Source: Candidatus Jorgensenbacteria bacterium
GTDB lineage: Bacteria; Patescibacteriota; Minisyncoccia; UBA6257; GWB1-50-10
Assembly (NCBI GenBank): GCA_043807585.1
Contig: JAZDFV010000013.1
Location: 2,039-66,038, forward strand
Direction: 5' to 3'
DNA length: 64,000 nucleotides
Made by a program: the position numbers and the translations under genes. Positions 63,505 through 64,000 of this stretch are shown here, piece after piece. The notes under the pieces were generated by a model. It was not told where the DNA came from. It did no database searches and saw only the letters and a list, made by a program, of their open reading frames with translations. Within the stretch, counting starts at the first letter, position 1; the number at the start of each line of letters is the position of its first letter.

Positions 63505-64000
63505 ATGACTGAGTCACAAACCAAAACCTGCCAAAATTGTAAGCAACCGTTCACCATCGAACCGGATGATTTTAGTTATTACGAAGCGATAAATGTTTCT
63601 CCGCCAACCTTTTGTCCGGATTGCCGCCTGCAGCGAAAGATGGCGCGCCGAAATGAGCGGACATTTTACAAACGATCCTGCGATTTTTGTCATACCGACA
63701 TTATTTCCATGTACCCCAAGGGCAGTACATTCAAGGTGTATTGCAATGCCTGCTGGTGGAGCGACAAATGGGATTCCTTGGAATACGGAAGGGGTTTCGA
63801 CCCTGGAAAACCCTTCTTCACCCAATTCTATGAATTGAGCTTGGCAGTTCCGCGAGTGGCGCTCTATCAGAAGAATCCTATCAATAGTCCCTACACCAAC
63901 CACAACGACCACCTCAAGGATGCCTATCTATGTGTAGATTCAGGGTTCAGCGAAAATGTGCTCTATAGTAAGTGGCTTATAAAATGCAAGGATGTGGCCG
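63505..64000 (+). CDS. Hypothetical zinc-ribbon protein (3'-truncated by window end)
   Basis: Open frame from the ATG at 63505 to the window edge. 'CQNCKQPF...CPDCR' and 'CDFCH...CNAC'. Not in the ORF track because it has no stop. Confidence 0.4.
   Translation, partial: MTESQTKTCQNCKQPFTIEPDDFSYYEAINVSPPTFCPDCRLQRKMARRNERTFYKRSCDFCHTDIISMYPKGSTFKVYCNACWWSDKWDSLEYGRGFDPGKPFFTQFYELSLAVPRVALYQKNPINSPYTNHNDHLKDAYLCVDSGFSENVLYSKWLIKCKDVA

Noticed and set aside
1-64000. CRISPR arrays and rRNA genes
   Set aside because: No 25-40-nt direct repeats with unique spacers were seen; the periodic repeats present are 6-nt microsatellite-like arrays. No 16S, 23S or 5S signature stretches were recognised.

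Overview
This 64-kb window looks like a compact, gene-dense bacterial chromosome segment, probably a GC-rich Candidate Phyla Radiation / Parcubacteria-like genome. The lineage assignment is an inference from small proteins, rplK with no adjacent rplA, several GT39/TPR membrane glycosyltransferase-like proteins, PaaX-family paralogs, a type IV pilin, a DGR and an intein.

The core genes are mostly on the plus strand:
- mreC-mreD-mrdA
- greA-lysS-serS
- an ftsQ-like gene
- hrcA-grpE-dnaK-(membrane ORF)-dnaJ, preceded by a CIRCE operator
- rplJ-rplL
- mraZ-rsmH-ftsL-ftsI-murF
- tRNA-Val and tRNA-Glu
- pyrF and a pyrE-like gene
- a dedA-family gene
- gyrB interrupted by a class-1 intein with an HNH endonuclease
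- secE-nusG-rplK, then gatB
- miaA, thrS and dnaE on the minus strand
- rnhB, rpmF, nusB, rnc and a short smc

Several visibly AT-richer accessory segments are embedded among these:
1. A complete DGR-type reverse transcriptase at the extreme left edge. Its TR, VR and avd are not in the window.
2. An ~8.7-kb array downstream of mrdA. It holds mosaic secreted papain-fold peptidase proteins (one C39-like, one NlpC/P60) and membrane-anchored partner proteins. Modules are shuffled and orphaned. The array is punctuated by three direct copies of the mrdA 3' end, each with its own stop codon.
3. Three paralogous PaaX-family (wHTH plus Cas2/VapD-like fold) genes. Each is bracketed by its own pair of near-identical long palindromes. 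Two of them sit next to a conserved ~165-nt element.
4. Four direct copies of the dnaE 3' end, each encoding a variant C-terminus plus stop. One copy is identical to the real end over 49 nt. The pattern looks like tandem islet integration at dnaE.
5. A partial duplicate of the tRNA-Glu 3' end followed by a solo palindrome.
6. A very AT-rich small-gene island next to tRNA-Val.

A conserved ~68-nt element with a covarying hairpin immediately precedes the start codons of hrcA, mraZ and ftsL. Each copy is preceded by a long leader hairpin.

Intergenic spacers are rich in (ATGACN)n hexanucleotide arrays and MITE-like AT-rich hairpin repeats.

No rRNA genes or CRISPR arrays were seen.
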